A DNA stretch of 64,000 nucleotides from Bacteroidaceae bacterium (GTDB lineage Bacteria; Bacteroidota; Bacteroidia; Bacteroidales; Bacteroidaceae). The DNA is taken from contig JAZRCG010000010.1 of NCBI GenBank assembly GCA_045659645.1, forward strand, positions 57,391 to 121,390, given 5' to 3'. The notes under the pieces were generated by a model, which saw only the letters and a program-made list of their open reading frames with translations, was not told the DNA's origin and did not search any database. Within the stretch, counting starts at the first letter, position 1. Every line of letters begins with the position of its first letter. The translations under genes and the position numbers were made by a program. Below, piece after piece: positions 20,301-27,057 of this stretch.

Positions 20301-20437
20301 GTGAAGGGCGGAAACTCGTCCTTGGGCATCACATATATCGCCCACAGGCCAAAGGCCAGAAGCAGTGCCGTGAGAAAGGCCGTTATCTTATAGTTGTTGA
20401 TAGGCCATGCTATCCAACTGCTGTTCTTGAAAGTCAT
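17371..20437 (-). CDS. RND efflux permease (AcrB/HAE1-like); 3' boundary undefined because no in-frame stop precedes the TolC gene
   Basis: About 1020 aa with the typical AcrB N-terminus (ITAFLTALLLAFGLWAIYVMPKDEFPPF) and 12-TM architecture. The native sequence appears to end near ...VVYWKLYEK. The reading frame then runs through the repeat pair (GSSGPSPSPSTREGSG...) into the TolC gene. Confidence 0.8.
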
Positions 20438-20444
20438 AATGATA

Positions 20445-20658
20445 GGACCCCTCCCCGTACCCTCCCCTGTATGGGAGGGAGTATATACTACAGGGGAATG
20501 AATGGGGTGGACCCTCCCCCTTGCCCCTCCACAAGGGAGGGGAGTATATACTACAGGGGAATAGAGGGATTATTTTTGATGTTAATAATAAATTAGGTTA
20601 GTATGATAGTCAGTTGTACCTACCCCCTCCCATACAGGGGAGGGCTGGGGAGGGGTCC
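20445..20658. repeat. Cluster of three GC-rich hairpin modules (two direct, one inverted) filling the MFP|RND intergenic gap
   Basis: Units at 20445-20500 and 20509-20565 are both extended by GTATATACTACAGGGGAAT. A third unit at 20621-20658 is inverted. The cluster starts 8 nt from the RND ATG and ends 2 nt from the MFP stop. Confidence 0.85.
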
Positions 20659-20659
20659 G

Positions 20660-21691
20660 TCACTCCACCTCTGTTCCCTCGCTCACCTTCTGGTAGCCGT
20701 TTGTTATCACACGGTCGTCCTTGTCAAGGCCGGAGAGTACCTCTATGCGGTTGCCTAGGGTCTTGCCCATGGTGATGACTTTTCTGTGCGCCTTGCCGCC
20801 TTTCACCACCCACACGAAGTGCTTGCCGTCGGCAGATTGCTGTATGCTGCGCACGGGAAGGGTCATGCCATGGATGCTGTCATTGGTATGCAGATACACC
20901 TTTGCCACCATGCCGGGCAGGATGTCGCCCTCGGGGTTGGGCAGGGCAATGCGTATGTCGTAGGTATGTGTCAGCGCATCTGCCACCACACCTTTCTCTA
21001 TTGCACCGCCCTCCAGGGGCTTGTCTCCGATGGCCTCAATGCTGATGCTCGATGTAGTGCCGGACTTGATGGAGGAAATCTCCTTCTCGGGGATGCTGAC
21101 CTTCACCTTCAGGGTCTTGATGTCCAGGATGGTAAGCACTGGCTGGCTGGGCAGGGCGGTTTCTCCTGCACTAACCCACTTCTTGCCCACCACACCGTCT
21201 ATGGGAGCGTATATGCTGCAATCCTCCAGCATCTTCCTGGCGGCAGAGAGAGAGGCCTCGGCCTGTTCCACCTTGCTCTGCACCTCCACCCACTTCATGT
21301 CGGCCAAGGATTTGTTCTCGTGCAACTGGCGCATGCGCTCCAGGGCATCGGTGGCCTGCTTGTGCGACGCTTCTGCCATGGCCAGGGTGTTCTGTGCCTG
21401 GGTCTTGTCCATCTCGGCAACGAGCTGACCCTTGCGCACGCGCTGCCCCTCGCCAACGCATATCTGCTTCACCATGCCCATGCCGGTGAAACTCACCGCC
21501 ACGGAGGTTGACTCCTCCACCATGCCCACATAGGCGGTACCTGTCTCCCGAGGCTGGGCGGCAACGCTTTCGGTTGTCACCTTCAGTGGAGCGGTGCCAT
21601 GCTGCACCTTCTCTTGCGAGCATGCCACTAGGCAAACTGCCATCAGCATCATTTGCCATAGGTGTAACGCCTTCATTGTCTTCTTTTTCAT
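20660..21691 (-). CDS. RND efflux periplasmic adaptor (membrane fusion protein), lipoprotein
   Basis: 343 aa with lipoprotein signal ...AVCLVAC|S, a biotinyl-like hairpin and coiled-coil segment, and its position upstream of the RND permease. Confidence 0.85.
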   Translation of the reverse strand: MKKKTMKALHLWQMMLMAVCLVACSQEKVQHGTAPLKVTTESVAAQPRETGTAYVGMVEESTSVAVSFTGMGMVKQICVGEGQRVRKGQLVAEMDKTQAQNTLAMAEASHKQATDALERMRQLHENKSLADMKWVEVQSKVEQAEASLSAARKMLEDCSIYAPIDGVVGKKWVSAGETALPSQPVLTILDIKTLKVKVSIPEKEISSIKSGTTSSISIEAIGDKPLEGGAIEKGVVADALTHTYDIRIALPNPEGDILPGMVAKVYLHTNDSIHGMTLPVRSIQQSADGKHFVWVVKGGKAHRKVITMGKTLGNRIEVLSGLDKDDRVITNGYQKVSEGTEVE

Positions 21692-21722
21692 ATGTTCGTG
21701 ATACTGTTTTGTTTTTCGGGTG

Positions 21723-21730
21723 CAAAGGTA
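21723..21730 (-). promoter_or_regulatory. Bacteroidota -7 box (TACCTTTG) for the efflux operon
   Basis: Minus strand reads GCGTACCTTTGCACC about 32 nt upstream of the MFP ATG (21691). Confidence 0.55.
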
Positions 21731-21868
21731 CGCATATAATGTTTATATTGCCTCAGACTTTTAACGCAAATAATGTTCTAATGGGAATATTCTGCAAAGA
21801 TTAACATTACGTGTGGTGGGGTTTTGCGATTTGTCGCGGTGTTTTTTGCATGGCGACGGAAAAAAACG

Positions 21869-21876
21869 TACCTTTG
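21869..21876 (+). promoter_or_regulatory. Bacteroidota -7 box (TACCTTTG) for xseA
   Basis: AACGTACCTTTGTATTC lies 34 nt upstream of the 21910 ATG and is divergent from the efflux promoter. Confidence 0.55.
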
Positions 21877-21909
21877 TATTCACTACCCTGGTATAAAACC
21901 TAACAACTT

Positions 21910-23157
21910 ATGCAGGCACTATCTCTCTTCGAACTCAATGCCATGGTGCGCTCCTTCATCGAGGGGTGTGCCGAGGATGCCTATTGGGTGCATGGCGAAC
22001 TGCTGGAAGGCCGTGCCGGATATGGCGGGCATTTCTATGGCGAACTGGTGGAGAAGGACGCACACACCGGTGCCATAGTGGCAAAGGCACGCATAACCAT
22101 CTGGGCACGTACATATAATATATTGGCGTTGCGTTTCCGAGAGGAGACGGGGCAGAGTCTTCGTTCAGGGTTGAAAGTGCTCATGCAGGTACGCCTCACC
22201 TTCAGCGAACTCTACGGCTATGCCCTCAATGTTCTGGACATAGACGGCACCTACACACTGGGCGACATGGCACGCCGCCGACAGGAGATATTGAACCAGC
22301 TGGAGAAGGACGGTATCATCAACGACAACAAGGACCTGCCTATGCCCGCCTTGCTCAAGCGCATTGCCGTGGTGTCCAGTGCCACAGCGGCAGGTTATGG
22401 CGACTTCTGCCGTCAGTTGCTGGAGAACGAGTGGGGGCTGGCATTCCGCGTGCAGCTCTTTCCTGCCGTAATGCAGGGGCAGCATGTGCCAGAGAGCATC
22501 TCTGCCGCACTGATGCAGATAGCCGACGAGGCCGACCGATGGGATGCTGTGGTGATAATTCGTGGAGGCGGTGCCACGAGCGACCTTTCCGACTACGACT
22601 CCTATGAACTGGCTGCCTGTATAGCCCAGCATCCTCTGCCTATTATAATAGGTGTGGGTCACGACCGCGACGAGACGGTGCTCGACCATGTGGCGCATAC
22701 CTCCGTCAAGACCCCCACGGCAGCTGCTGCCTTCATCCTGGAGCATCAGTTGGAGCAGCTTTCTCGCCTTCAGGACCTGCAACAACGTATTCCTCTTACC
22801 GCCTCCAGCAAGATGCAGCGCGAGGAGCAACGACTGGCTCTCCTCCGTCAGCGCCTTCCCTCGGTGGTGACGCTGCGTTTGCAAAGGGAGCATCAGCGTC
22901 TCGAACGCTCATCGCTACTCCTGCCCATCTCTGCCACTCGTGTGCTGACCCAGGAGAAGCACCACCTGGAACTCCTTTCCCAACGCCTCGAAAGCCTCAA
23001 TCCCGAACTGCTCCTCCGCCGTGGATACTCCATCACCATGCTCAATGGCAAGATAGTGACCGACATCTCGGACATCCCTCCAGGTTCCCAAATAGAAACC
23101 CGCCTGCAAGGCGGCACCGTGCTCTCACAGGTGGTGGGAGTGGAAACGGAAAACTGA
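21910..23157 (+). CDS. xseA: Exodeoxyribonuclease VII large subunit
   Basis: 415 aa: an N-terminal OB-fold (LSLFELNAMVRSFIE...WVHGEL), the catalytic region (RGGGATSDL) and a C-terminal coiled coil. Confidence 0.9.
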   Translation: MQALSLFELNAMVRSFIEGCAEDAYWVHGELLEGRAGYGGHFYGELVEKDAHTGAIVAKARITIWARTYNILALRFREETGQSLRSGLKVLMQVRLTFSELYGYALNVLDIDGTYTLGDMARRRQEILNQLEKDGIINDNKDLPMPALLKRIAVVSSATAAGYGDFCRQLLENEWGLAFRVQLFPAVMQGQHVPESISAALMQIADEADRWDAVVIIRGGGATSDLSDYDSYELAACIAQHPLPIIIGVGHDRDETVLDHVAHTSVKTPTAAAAFILEHQLEQLSRLQDLQQRIPLTASSKMQREEQRLALLRQRLPSVVTLRLQREHQRLERSSLLLPISATRVLTQEKHHLELLSQRLESLNPELLLRRGYSITMLNGKIVTDISDIPPGSQIETRLQGGTVLSQVVGVETEN

Positions 23158-23159
23158 CC

Positions 23160-23275
23160 AGACCCTCCCCCTCACCCCTCCACAATGGGCGAACAAGGTC
23201 TTTAGAAGATGGACTGATGTCCATCTGTGCCTTGTGAGGGGAGCACTCCCCAGTGCGACGCGCGGACGGAGTGGT
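23160..23275 (+). repeat. Long variant of the GC-rich element (left arm GACCCTCCCCC plus a structured core)
   Basis: The core GGTCTTTAGAAGATGGACTGATGTCCATCTGTGCCTTGTGAGGGGAGCACTCCCCAGTGCGACGCGCGGAC is shared with 23352-23466 and 25885-25975. Confidence 0.75.
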
Positions 23276-23351
23276 TACAACCGACTATTGAATATTAACT
23301 TTTAACAAATCTGTTAACCCTTTAACAAAATCCCTAACTCCCAGTACTATA

Positions 23352-23466
23352 TACTCCCCTCCCTTATGGCGAATGGAGTCCTTGGAGGATTGACTGAATG
23401 TCAATCTGTGCTCCATGAGGGGAGCAATATCCATTGCGACGCGAGGACCGGGCTGGGGGTGGGTCC
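23352..23466 (+). repeat. Long variant of the GC-rich element (core plus right arm GGGGGTGGGTCC)
   Basis: The core is in the same orientation as 23160-23275, but this copy carries the opposite terminal arm. Together the outer ends read GACCC.../...GGGTCC. Confidence 0.75.
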
Positions 23467-23499
23467 GCTAGGTCCGCCGGTACGGGGAGGGGTCTTTAT

Positions 23500-23688
23500 A
23501 TGAAATACGAAGAAGCCATTGCCAAGCTCGAACAGATAGCACGTCAGCTTGAGCAGAACCAGTTGCCCATCGACCAGATTGCCGCTCAATTGCGCGAGGC
23601 GCAGGAGCTGGTGAAGTTTTGCCGCGAACAGCTCACCTCGGTGGACGAGGAAATAAAGAAGATAGTGGGAGAGGAAACGCCAGAGTGA
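23500..23688 (+). CDS. xseB: Exodeoxyribonuclease VII small subunit
   Basis: 62 aa, MKYEEAIAKLEQIARQLEQNQLPIDQ..., the typical XseB helical hairpin. The 22 extra N-terminal codons of the track ORF are repeat-derived. Confidence 0.85.
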   Translation: MKYEEAIAKLEQIARQLEQNQLPIDQIAAQLREAQELVKFCREQLTSVDEEIKKIVGEETPE

Positions 23689-23751
23689 CAAAAATCCACC
23701 AGTTTTCCTAAATTTCCCATACGTTTGTATTGACTTTATGGGAGAATTGTG

Positions 23752-23759
23752 TAATTTTG
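23752..23759 (+). promoter_or_regulatory. Bacteroidota -7 box (TAATTTTG) for ilvE
   Basis: GTGTAATTTTGTGAAC lies 22 nt upstream of the 23781 ATG. Confidence 0.5.
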
Positions 23760-23780
23760 TGAACAAAACCTCAAAGAACT

Positions 23781-24803
23781 ATGAACGAAATAGATTGGAG
23801 TAGCCTTTCCTTTGGCTACATGAAAACGGATTACAACGTGCGTTGCTACTATCGCAACGGCGCTTGGGGCGAGATAGAGAACTGCAGCGAGGAGACCATA
23901 CCCATGCACATGGCAGCCACTTGTCTGCACTATGGTCAGGAGGCTTTCGAGGGTCTGAAGGCATACCGTTGTCCCGATGGCAAGGTGCGTGTGTTCCGCT
24001 CTGACGAGAATGCTGCCCGTCTGCAGAGCACATGCCGTGGCATACTGATGCCCGAACTGCCCACGGAGAAGTTCAACGAGATGGTGGACCGTGTGGTGCG
24101 CCTCAACGAGCGCTTCATCCCTCCCTACGAGAGCGGTGCCAGCCTCTACATCCGTCCCCTCATGATAGGTACCAGCGCTCAGGTGGGCGTGCATCCTTCC
24201 GAGGAATACCTGTTCCTGATCTTCGTAACCCCCGTAGGTCCTTACTTCAAGGGCGGTTTCTCCACCAATCCCTATGTTATCATTCGTGAGTTTGACCGCT
24301 CTGCACCCCTGGGCACCGGTGTCTACAAGGTGGGTGGCAACTATGCCGCTTCCCTGCGTGCCAATAAGATGGCGCACGACCTGGGCTACTCCTGCGAGTT
24401 CTATCTTGATGCCAAGGAGAAGAAGTACATCGACGAGTGCGGTGCCGCCAACTTCTTCGGTATCAAGGACAATACCTACGTTACCCCCAAGTCTACTAGC
24501 ATCCTGCCCTCCATCACCAACAAGAGCCTGATGCAACTGGCACAGGACCTTGGCCTCAATGTTGAGCGTCGCCCCATCCCAGTGGAGGAACTCTCCACCT
24601 TCGAGGAGGCAGGTGCATGCGGCACGGCAGCCGTCATTTCGCCCATACAGCGCATCGACGACCTGGAGAACGAGGTCAGCTATGTCATCTCCAAGGATGG
24701 CAAGCCCGGTCCCGTTTCCACCCAGCTCTACAACAAGCTCCGTGGCATCCAGTATGGCACCGAACCCGACATCCACGGATGGACACGTGTAGTAATAGAA
24801 TAA
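23781..24803 (+). CDS. ilvE: Branched-chain amino acid aminotransferase (class IV)
   Basis: 340 aa. YGQEAFEGLKAY, the GNYAASL region with PLP-Lys context YKVGGNY, and GTAAVI match IlvE type II. Confidence 0.9.
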   Translation: MNEIDWSSLSFGYMKTDYNVRCYYRNGAWGEIENCSEETIPMHMAATCLHYGQEAFEGLKAYRCPDGKVRVFRSDENAARLQSTCRGILMPELPTEKFNEMVDRVVRLNERFIPPYESGASLYIRPLMIGTSAQVGVHPSEEYLFLIFVTPVGPYFKGGFSTNPYVIIREFDRSAPLGTGVYKVGGNYAASLRANKMAHDLGYSCEFYLDAKEKKYIDECGAANFFGIKDNTYVTPKSTSILPSITNKSLMQLAQDLGLNVERRPIPVEELSTFEEAGACGTAAVISPIQRIDDLENEVSYVISKDGKPGPVSTQLYNKLRGIQYGTEPDIHGWTRVVIE

Positions 24804-24828
24804 GGAGAAGAAAAACACGATATGTATC

Positions 24829-24857
24829 AAAGGCGTTGCGTAAAGTGACGCCTTTTT
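24829..24857 (+). terminator. Probable ilvE terminator
   Basis: AGGCGT-11 nt-ACGCCT followed by TTTTT. The stem is short, so confidence is moderate. Confidence 0.55.
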
Positions 24858-25050
24858 AACGTTTATCGTTTAACGTTTAACGTTTAACGTTTGTCGTTTA
24901 TCGTTGTGCGGTGTGCCGTTGTGACGGTAGGGACGCTGCGTGCAGCGTCCGCAAAAGAATAGGGTGGGGTGATTCGGGCGCAGCACGCTGCGTCCCTACT
25001 TTCACTGATTGCTTTCAACTTTCAACGTTAATCGTTAATCGTTAATCGTC
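24858..25050. repeat. Mosaic: AACGTTT-type heptamer array / GTAGGGACGC...GCGTCCCTAC inverted-repeat element / TCAAC-TTAATCG array
   Basis: Heptamer array 24858-24905, TIR element 24927-24999, second array 25012-25050. The second array supplies the TAA stop of the amidase gene on the minus strand. The same three-part mosaic recurs at 26222-26362 and 37505-37637. Confidence 0.8.
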
Positions 25051-25458
25051 TCTACCCCCATATTCTGCCTTGGCGTCGAAGCAGGGGCAGGGCTTGTAGC
25101 GGTTCAGGTCGTGGTGTCCAAGCACCAGGGCACGGGGGTAGCGCTGTTTCAGTTCTTCAAGCAGTTTCTTCAGGGTCTGTTTCTGGGCATCGGTTCGCGT
25201 GTCGGCAGGATGTCCCTGTGCATCCAGGCCGCCCTCGTAGCATACCCCTATGGAATGCTTGTTGTGCTCGCGGCAGTGTGCACCGGCAATGCTCTCGGGA
25301 CGTCCCTTCTCTATCGTGCCGTCCCGTCGCACCACATAGTGGTAGCCTATACCGTTCCATCCCAGTTTTCTGTGCCAGGCATCTATCTGCTTGGCGGACG
25401 AGCGTTGCCCGGGTCTTATGCCCGAGCAATGCAAGATGATAAGTGATATTGTTCTCAT
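25042..25458 (-). CDS. N-acetylmuramoyl-L-alanine amidase (Amidase_2 / AmpD-PGRP fold)
   Basis: 138 aa: ILHCSG...AWHRKLGWNGIGYHYVV...GAHCREHNKHSIGVCYEGG, with Zn-ligand His/Cys contexts. Confidence 0.85.
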   Translation of the reverse strand: MRTISLIILHCSGIRPGQRSSAKQIDAWHRKLGWNGIGYHYVVRRDGTIEKGRPESIAGAHCREHNKHSIGVCYEGGLDAQGHPADTRTDAQKQTLKKLLEELKQRYPRALVLGHHDLNRYKPCPCFDAKAEYGGRDD

Positions 25459-25496
25459 TCCAGTCAGTCTTGTGTGTGGATGTGCTTGCGTGCACT

Positions 25497-25595
25497 TTAC
25501 ATGCAGGAGGTCATGCCAAAGGTGGTGGCAATGGCGGTAAGTACAGTGATTACGATGTTGATTACTTTACTCCAGATGTTGTTCTTGTTGTTCAT
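25497..25595 (-). CDS. Tiny single-TM peptide (32 aa), resembles the Bacteroidales 'smalltalk protein' family
   Basis: MNNKNNIWSKVINIVITVLTAIATTFGMTSCM ends 38 nt upstream of the amidase ATG. The track ORF 25497-25742 extends the N-terminus through a repeat. Family name is recalled from RefSeq annotations and has not been verified. Confidence 0.6.
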   Translation of the reverse strand: MNNKNNIWSKVINIVITVLTAIATTFGMTSCM

Positions 25596-25629
25596 TGTTA
25601 TTAGTTTTTTAGTGTGTGTTAAATTTAGG

Positions 25630-25794
25630 GCGACTACTCCAGCGGCAGCGCTGTTTGCTCTGTCCCTCTGCGTCCTTTGCGTCCTTTGCGTCCTTTGCGT
25701 CCTTTGCGTGAGATAAATGATAAGGACGTTTTTGTTTTGCACGCGGAGAGCGCAAAGAGCGCAGAGAATTATTGCCTTTCGTGTTTCTCGCTTG
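25630..25794 (+). repeat. ~150-bp direct repeat, copy 1 (contains a GCGTCCTTT x4 array and a CTCTGCG..CGCAGAG hairpin)
   Basis: Near-identical to 26076-26222 apart from the number of 9-mer units. The internal inverted repeat is CTCTGCGTCCTTTGCG / CGCAAAGAGCGCAGAG. Confidence 0.85.
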
Positions 25795-25842
25795 CGCTGG
25801 AGAGGTCGCGAACTTCGTTACGACAAGAGTGCGCAGAGATTT

Positions 25843-26033
25843 TATCCACCCCCCTCCCCCCTTGCGGGGTACTCGCCCCTGTCTCAGGGGGCGAAGAGGG
25901 TCTTTAGAAGAAGCTGTAAATCTGCTTCTGTACCCTCTGAGGGTCGCACTCCCTCAGTGCGACCCTGGGCAGGGTGATAGCGTTAGCTGTTGTAACTACT
26001 CCCTCCCCTTGTGGGAGGGTTGGGGAGGGGTCC
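25843..26033. repeat. Composite GC-rich element (ATCCACCCCCCTCC module, long structured core, terminal hairpin module)
   Basis: 25885-25975 is homologous to the cores at 23160-23275 and 23352-23466. 25996-26033 (ACTACTCCCTCCCCTTGTGGGAGGGTTGGGGAGGGGTCC) is a hairpin module in minus orientation. Confidence 0.75.
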
Positions 26034-26075
26034 ATCCTTCCTCCTCCCTCTGCGTTCTCCTGTCGCGCGTAGCCT

Positions 26076-26222
26076 GCGACTACTCCAGCGGCAGCGCTGT
26101 TTGCTCTGTCCCTCTGCGTCCTTTGCGGTCTTTGCGTGAGGTAAAAGATAAGAGCGCTTTTGTTTTGCACGCGGAGAGCGCAAAGAGCGCAGAGATTTAT
26201 TGCCATTCGTGTTTCTTGCTTG
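26076..26222 (+). repeat. ~150-bp direct repeat, copy 2
   Basis: Same sequence as 25630-25794 but with 2 instead of 4 GCGTCCTTT units. A third, inverted and shorter copy lies at 31101-31182. Confidence 0.85.
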
Positions 26223-26362
26223 TAGGGACGCCCGTATACCACGAGGAACTTGTTCCCGGACGCTGCACGCAGTGTCCCTACTTTCTTCTCATCGTTCAAC
26301 GTTCAACATTAATCGTTAATCTTTCAACGTTAATCGTTAATCTTTCAACATTAATCGTTATT
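26222..26362. repeat. Mosaic: GTAGGGAC...GTCCCTAC element (26222-26281) plus a TCAACG/TTAATCG array (26291-26362)
   Basis: The element is the reverse complement of 37562-37637 (shared GGGAACAAGTTCCTCGTGGTATA core). The array resembles 25012-25050. Confidence 0.8.
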
Positions 26363-26393
26363 CGCAAGCTCATCAAGCTTCGCAAGTCAACGT

Positions 26394-26912
26394 TCAGTCT
26401 CCCAGGTTGGAGCCGCCCTCTTCGTCGTTGCTGTCTTCGGGCTGTTCTGTGCCAGGCTGTATGGTAGCGAGGGCGTTCAGTCGTTCACGCTCTGTCTTGC
26501 GTGCCTCGCTCTGCGCCTCGCGGGTGCCAACGAAGGTGAACTGTGCCTCCTTTATCAAGTCGCGGAGTTCAGGGCTGGGTTCCCATTTCACCTTCACCTG
26601 CTTTATCAGGCTTGTGTGGAACTCCTCAGCGTTTGGAGCAGCCTTGCTGACCAGAGAAACCGAGAAAGCACCCAAGTCGCCCAGTGCCACCTTGTTGCCC
26701 AGCAGAAGCTGTTCGCGTATGCAGCTGCTCAGTTGTGTTGCCACTGCCATCACGTCGCCCTTGTCGTACTTGCTGCCGTGGCTGGTCATGTGCTTTGCCA
26801 TGGCGTTCAGGTCCATCACCCTGTTGTACTGTGCCATGGGGAAGGTCTTGTTGCCCTGTTCGGGTTCGCCGGGCTGGTTGTGTCTCAGAACCAAAGAATA
26901 AGGTATTGCCAT
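26394..26912 (-). CDS. HU-family (Bacteroidales HU_HIG-like) DNA-binding protein with an acidic C-terminal tail
   Basis: 172 aa starting at MAIPYSLV. The N-terminal ~125 aa have the Bacteroides histone-like pattern (GNKVALGDLGAFSVSL). The upstream 45 codons of the track ORF are untranslated leader. Confidence 0.75.
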   Translation of the reverse strand: MAIPYSLVLRHNQPGEPEQGNKTFPMAQYNRVMDLNAMAKHMTSHGSKYDKGDVMAVATQLSSCIREQLLLGNKVALGDLGAFSVSLVSKAAPNAEEFHTSLIKQVKVKWEPSPELRDLIKEAQFTFVGTREAQSEARKTERERLNALATIQPGTEQPEDSNDEEGGSNLGD

Positions 26913-27049
26913 AATATGATCTGTTCCGCTCCCCTGTGAATGTTTGTTAGTGTCTGCCGGAGGTGGGGAGTGGAACCGAGATTTACTCCGGCAGGGGTTG
27001 ATGAATGTTTTGTTGCTTGGTTGGGTAGGCCTGTTCCCTTTTCGCACTG

Positions 27050-27057
27050 CAAAGATA
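27050..27057 (-). promoter_or_regulatory. Bacteroidota -7 box (TATCTTTG) for the HU-like gene
   Basis: Minus strand reads CCGTATCTTTGCAGTG, about 138 nt upstream of the chosen ATG, which implies a long leader. Confidence 0.45.

Noticed and set aside
15920-20437. Reading the 1505-aa ORF as a genuine RND-TolC fusion protein.
   Set aside because: The linker is exactly a dispersed repeat pair, and an inner-membrane/outer-membrane covalent fusion is topologically implausible. I treated it as two genes joined by a repeat lacking an in-frame stop (see finding).
25772-26467. 231-aa plus-strand ORF and neighbouring ORFs (25474-25716, 25677-25907, 25717-25977, 25904-26299, 25983-26183) in the HU/amidase spacer.
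   Set aside because: They consist entirely of translated repeat elements (LRPLRPLR, LCVLCVLCVLCV, STLIVNLSTLIVN and similar), overlap one another in several frames, and have no start context.
25042-27047. Prophage remnant: amidase, holin-like peptide and HU-like DNA-binding protein.
   Set aside because: There are no integrase, terminase, capsid, tail or att-like features anywhere nearby. The trio matches a recurrent chromosomal Bacteroidales cassette rather than a phage lysis module, so I kept it as a finding about the cassette only.
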